A stretch of 47,314 bases of DNA from Candidatus Phoenicimicrobium oleiphilum (GTDB lineage Bacteria; Atribacterota; Phoenicimicrobiia; Phoenicimicrobiales; Phoenicimicrobiaceae): assembly GCA_039638295.1 (NCBI GenBank), contig JBDIWJ010000009.1:1-47314 (forward strand), written 5' to 3'. The notes beneath the pieces are model-generated. The model was not told the origin of the DNA. It made no database searches and was given only the letters and a program-made list of their open reading frames with translations. This document shows, in pieces, positions 43,164-47,314 of the stretch. The first letter of the stretch is position 1. Each line of letters begins with the position of its first letter. A program made the position numbers and the translations under genes.

Positions 43164-44201
43164 ATGAATAAACCTATTAGTTCAATTGATGAAATCGAGA
43201 ATTATTTTATAAATTCAGAGAGAAAATTTTTTTCAGCTACTCACGAAGAAATTGAAAGAGGGTTAACCAGTGACATATATTTCGTGAGAGCTCAAGAAAT
43301 ATTAAGATATCTCCAGTTAGAGAGTACTGTAGTAACGGCAGAGATTTTCCCCCGAGAAGGGGGTATATTTGCTGGCACCAAAGAAGTTTATAATCTTCTA
43401 AAAGATAAGAAGATAAAATTGTGGTCTTTAGAAGAAGGGGAAGAGTTCCATTTTAAGGACACAGTAATGAGAATTGAGGGTCCTTATTCTGAATTTGGTG
43501 TTTTTGAAACTGTTATTTTAGGGATTTTAGCCAGTAGTTCAGCGTGGGCTACTGCAGCGCGTGAATGTAAAGATGCTGCTGGAGGGAAAAAGGTCCTCTG
43601 TTTTGGTTCTCGACATATTCACCCTGCTGTAGCGCCAGTTATGGAAAGGGCAGCTCTAATAGGTGGAGTAGATGGAGCAAGTTGTATATTGGGTGCAAAA
43701 CTATCAGGGAGAAAACCCCAAGGAACTATCCCTCACACCGTAATGATTATTTCTAAAGATACCGTAAAAGCCGCACTTGCTTATAATGTTAGTATGCCTA
43801 AAGATGTTCCCCGAGTTATTCTTATCGATACTTTTAAGGATGAAGCAGAAGAATCTATAAGGGTAGCTCGGGCTTTAGGAAAAGATTTATCGGGTGTGAG
43901 GTTAGATACCCCAAGTGAGAGAGGTGGAGTAACTCCAGATTTAGTAAAAGAAGTAAGAGTAAGATTAAATCAAGCTGGATTTCCTGAGGTAAAAATCTTC
44001 GTTTCAGGTGGTCTTACTCCAGAAAGGATCAGCATATTAAGTAAAGAACAGGTTGAGGCTTTTGGGGTAGGTAGTTATATAAGTGATGCCAGTCCCATTG
44101 ATATGACTCTGGATATAAAGGAAGTTGAGGGGAAGCCTATTGCCAAGAGAGGGAGAATCCCTGGGAAAATAGAAAATAATAAATTAAAACGAATGATATA
44201 A
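43164..44201 (+). CDS. pncB: Nicotinate phosphoribosyltransferase (short, Thermoplasma-like type)
   Basis: SDIYF, FGSRH.HP, GTIPH, VRLDTPS.RGG, SGGL, GVGS, AKRG. Confidence 0.85.
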   Translation: MNKPISSIDEIENYFINSERKFFSATHEEIERGLTSDIYFVRAQEILRYLQLESTVVTAEIFPREGGIFAGTKEVYNLLKDKKIKLWSLEEGEEFHFKDTVMRIEGPYSEFGVFETVILGILASSSAWATAARECKDAAGGKKVLCFGSRHIHPAVAPVMERAALIGGVDGASCILGAKLSGRKPQGTIPHTVMIISKDTVKAALAYNVSMPKDVPRVILIDTFKDEAEESIRVARALGKDLSGVRLDTPSERGGVTPDLVKEVRVRLNQAGFPEVKIFVSGGLTPERISILSKEQVEAFGVGSYISDASPIDMTLDIKEVEGKPIAKRGRIPGKIENNKLKRMI

Positions 44202-44232
44202 AAAGTAAATTTGTATCGGAGGAAAAAATTAT

Positions 44233-45261
44233 ATGGGAAAAATACTACTGCAGGTTAAGGGCTTAAAAACTTATTTTTATACTGATGATGGTGTAGTTAA
44301 GGCAGTTGATGGTGTTGATTTTACCATTAGAAAAGGGGAAACTCTGGGTATGGTTGGTGAATCAGGATGTGGCAAAAGTGTTTCTGCCCTTTCCATACTG
44401 CGATTGATTCAAGAGCCTCCAGGGAAAATTATTGATGGTGAGATTTGGTTTAAAGGGGAAGATTTATTAAAGAAAAGTCCTGAACAAATGAGAAAGATTA
44501 GAGGGAATGATATCTCAATGATCTTTCAAGAACCGATGACCTCCTTAAATCCTGTCTATACTATAGGTGAACAGATTTCAGAAGCTATAATACTCCATCA
44601 GAAATTAGATAAAGAAAAGGCCCTAAAGAAAACTGTGGAGATGTTAAGACTGGTAGGTATACCTACTCCCGAAACTAGAGTTCATGAATATCCTCATGAA
44701 TTAAGCGGAGGACAAAGGCAGAGGGCAATGATTGCTATGGCTTTATCTTGTAATCCAGATTTATTAATTGCAGATGAACCCACAACCGCTTTAGATGTTA
44801 CTATACAAGCTCAGATTTTAGAACTGATAAAGAAATTGAAAGATGAAATTGGTATGTCAGTTTTGATGATTACCCATGACTTAGGAGTAATTGCTGAAGT
44901 GTCGGATAATGTAGTAGTGGTATATGCTGGTAAAGCGGTAGAGTATGCAGATGTGGTGAGTATTTTTAAGAATCCCCGACATCCCTATACTATGGCTCTC
45001 CAAAATTCTATTCCTCGTCTAACAGATAAACAGGGGAAAAAACTGGATGCTATCCAGGGTGGAATTCCTGATCCTTTGGCCTTGCCCTCTGGATGCAAGT
45101 TTCATCCTCGTTGTAAGTTTGCCATAGATCTTTGTAAAAAAGAAGAACCAGAACTTGAAAAGATAGAAGATAACCATATTGTACGGTGTTGGATATACAA
45201 TAAAGATAAGGCAAAAGAATTTAAAGTCAAGCAAGAAGTGGTAAGTATAACCCAAGAGTAA
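44233..45261 (+). CDS. oppD: Oligopeptide ABC transporter ATPase
   Basis: [30 protein letters not shown], Cys-rich C-terminus. Confidence 0.92.
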   Translation: MGKILLQVKGLKTYFYTDDGVVKAVDGVDFTIRKGETLGMVGESGCGKSVSALSILRLIQEPPGKIIDGEIWFKGEDLLKKSPEQMRKIRGNDISMIFQEPMTSLNPVYTIGEQISEAIILHQKLDKEKALKKTVEMLRLVGIPTPETRVHEYPHELSGGQRQRAMIAMALSCNPDLLIADEPTTALDVTIQAQILELIKKLKDEIGMSVLMITHDLGVIAEVSDNVVVVYAGKAVEYADVVSIFKNPRHPYTMALQNSIPRLTDKQGKKLDAIQGGIPDPLALPSGCKFHPRCKFAIDLCKKEEPELEKIEDNHIVRCWIYNKDKAKEFKVKQEVVSITQE

Positions 45262-45294
45262 TAAATGCTAGAAAGAAAATAGGAGGAAAAAAGT

Positions 45295-46269
45295 TTGGAA
45301 AATAATATATTACTTAAAGTAAAAAATTTAAGAAAATATTTTCCAGTAAGAGGAGGAATATTCTCCAAGATAATAGGATATGTTCAGGCAGTAGATGGTA
45401 TAAGTTTCGATATTAAAAAGGGAGAAACCTTAGGCTTAGTAGGAGAATCAGGCTGTGGTAAAACTACTACGGGGAGAACAATTATCAGACTTTTAGAGCC
45501 TACTGCTGGAGAGGTTGATTTTGAAGGAGAAAATTTTTTTAAATTAAGCAAAGAAAAACTTAGAAAAGTCCGACGTAATATTCAAATTATATTCCAGGAT
45601 CCTTTTGGTTCTCTTAATCCCCGAATGACTGTTGGTGATATAGTGGGGGAATCATTACTTATCCATAACATAGTAAAGAACAATAAAGAAAAAGAGGAAA
45701 TAGTTAAGGATTTGTTAGAAACTGTAGGCTTAAATGCTGGACATATAAGAAGATATCCTCATGAGTTCAGTGGGGGGCAGAGACAGAGAATTGGGATAGC
45801 TCGGGCATTGGCTCTGAGACCTAAATTAGTAATTTGTGATGAACCTGTATCTGCACTCGATGTTTCTATCCAAGCTCAAGTTATAAACTTATTAGAAGAA
45901 TTGCAAGAGAAATTCCACCTTACTTACTTATTTATTGCCCATGATTTAAGTGTGGTAAAACATATTTCTAATAGAGTTGCCGTAATGTATCTGGGAAAGA
46001 TTGTTGAATTAGCTTCTACTTATGAATTATATGAAAACCCTCAGCACCCTTATACAAAGGCGCTTCTTTCTGCAGTTCCTATCCCTGATCCAACCTTAAA
46101 GAGGCAAAGAATTGTTTTAGATGGAGATGTTCCCAGTCCCTTTAAACCTCCGACAGGTTGTCGTTTTCATCCGAGATGTAAATATATTAAACCAATTTGT
46201 AGACAGGAAGAACCTAAATTAATTGATATAAATGGTGGACATTATGTAGCCTGTCATTTAGAAAGATAA
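45295..46269 (+). CDS. oppF: Oligopeptide ABC transporter ATPase
   Basis: [44 protein letters not shown]. Confidence 0.92.
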   Translation: MENNILLKVKNLRKYFPVRGGIFSKIIGYVQAVDGISFDIKKGETLGLVGESGCGKTTTGRTIIRLLEPTAGEVDFEGENFFKLSKEKLRKVRRNIQIIFQDPFGSLNPRMTVGDIVGESLLIHNIVKNNKEKEEIVKDLLETVGLNAGHIRRYPHEFSGGQRQRIGIARALALRPKLVICDEPVSALDVSIQAQVINLLEELQEKFHLTYLFIAHDLSVVKHISNRVAVMYLGKIVELASTYELYENPQHPYTKALLSAVPIPDPTLKRQRIVLDGDVPSPFKPPTGCRFHPRCKYIKPICRQEEPKLIDINGGHYVACHLER

Positions 46270-46312
46270 AAGGACACAAAGTACAGTAGAGTTTTGTTTA
46301 GTTTAATAAATT

Positions 46313-46400
46313 GCCGGGATGGCGGAATAGGTAGACGCGCCAGCTTGAGGGGCTGGTGAGCATATTGCTTGTGGGGGTTCAAATCCCCCTCCCGGCACCA
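46313..46400 (+). tRNA. tRNA-Leu(GAG)
   Basis: CCAGC-TTGAGGG-GCTGG, long variable arm, CCA end. Confidence 0.94.
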
Positions 46401-46407
46401 ATAAATA

Positions 46408-46451
46408 TTTCAGCAAAAAGAGGAAGTTATCACTTCCTCTTTTTGCTGAAA
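46408..46451 (+). terminator. Long perfect hairpin after tRNA-Leu
   Basis: TTTCAGCAAAAAGAGGAAGT/ACTTCCTCTTTTTGCTGAAA. Confidence 0.7.
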
Positions 46452-46519
46452 GTTAATTAGTTGTCCGGTGACTTTTTTAAGAAATAAATTGACTAACTAA
46501 CCAAATTCAGGAAAAAAAT

Positions 46520-46861
46520 ATGCATGAAGCTTCGATTGTTCAAAATCTATTAGAAGTTGCTTTAGAGAAAGCTAAAGATTATAAAGCAAATAAAATAACT
46601 CTTATTCGAATAAAAGTAGGAGAATTTGCTGGCGTGAATCAAGAGGCTTTAAAGTTTGCTTTTGAAAATTTTACTAAACAGACTATTGCAGAAAAAGCAT
46701 CTTTGCAGATAATACCGTCTCCTTTATTAGGAAAATGCCAAGAGTGTGATGAAGTTTTTGAGATTACAAAAAATAGTTTTAAATGTTCAAAATGTAATAG
46801 CCTGAAGATAGATATAATTTCTGGGCAGGATTTGTATATTCAGGACATTGAAATAGAATAA
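46520..46861 (+). CDS. hypA: Hydrogenase maturation nickel metallochaperone
   Basis: MHE N-terminus, CxxC...CxxC, SG.DL.I..IE. Confidence 0.95.
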   Translation: MHEASIVQNLLEVALEKAKDYKANKITLIRIKVGEFAGVNQEALKFAFENFTKQTIAEKASLQIIPSPLLGKCQECDEVFEITKNSFKCSKCNSLKIDIISGQDLYIQDIEIE

Positions 46862-47014
46862 ATTGTTTAATTTTTTAAAAAAATACTTTACAACTAATAA
46901 AACAAAATGGTATAATTTTCTCTGTTAATTTAATTGTAGAAGAATTTCCTATTTTTGCAATTTTTCTGTTTATAGGGGGAATTCACTAACGACTAATTTA
47001 AGAGAGGTGAAGTA

Positions 47015-47314
47015 ATGTTGGATTTTATTATAACCTTTTTACTTAGCCTGATAGTCTATCTTTTTCTTGTCGCAAGCACAGGTGAAATAGCAGGATTATG
47101 GAGTATTTTCGAAATTATACTTGGAATTATTCTTTCCATAATTGTATCGATTATTGCTACAAAGGTACTATTTCAAAAAAGGAGTTATAGGATGTTAAAT
47201 CCACTTAGGTGGGTAATTTTTTTGATTTATTTAATCGGTCCATTCTTCTTTGCAATGGCTAAAGCCAATATTGATGTCGCTTATCGAGTGATTACCGGCA
47301 GAATAAACCCTGGT
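47015..47314 (+). CDS. MnhE/MbhA-type Na+/H+ antiporter subunit (truncated at window end; not in ORF track)
   Basis: ATG 47015 after GAGAGGTG; MLDFIITFLL...LNPLRW...FFFAMAKANIDVAYRVITGRINPG, resembling Thermococcales MbhA. Confidence 0.85.
   Translation, partial: MLDFIITFLLSLIVYLFLVASTGEIAGLWSIFEIILGIILSIIVSIIATKVLFQKRSYRMLNPLRWVIFLIYLIGPFFFAMAKANIDVAYRVITGRINPG

Overview
AT-rich bacterial chromosomal segment with every credible gene on the + strand. Gene content and order (Firmicutes-like housekeeping synteny, W-cofactor cluster, Mbh-type antiporter subunit) suggest an anaerobe, possibly Atribacterota/JS1 (inference only). Contents in order: a P3-less Moco/Tuco riboswitch with terminator ahead of tupABC-moeA-moeA::PBP-moaA-moaC-MOSC-mog-rnz; ferredoxin; an IscR-like regulator with two tRNA thiolase-type genes; an HTH/uncharacterised/alpha-oxoamine synthase trio; greA, lysS, S4 protein, mgtE, eno, ftsB; tilS-hpt-ftsH; oppABC; argS; rapZ-yvcK-whiA; an msmX-like ATPase; rpoN-gap-tpiA-secG-pncB; oppDF; hypA; and the start of an mbhA/mnhE gene. 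Five tRNAs are interspersed. The most unusual signal is non-coding. (1) More than ten intergenic spacers are built from shuffled 7-8 nt tandem modules with strict polarity: one orientation after the stop codon, its reverse complement before the next RBS, often folding the whole spacer into one long hairpin. (2) A ~95 bp element bounded by CAAGATTGTCAGG/CCTGACAATCTTG inverted repeats occurs 4-5 times, always in the same orientation upstream of genes. (3) GTAG-type REP/REPIN doublets are present. No transposase, RAYT, integrase or CRISPR array is in the window.
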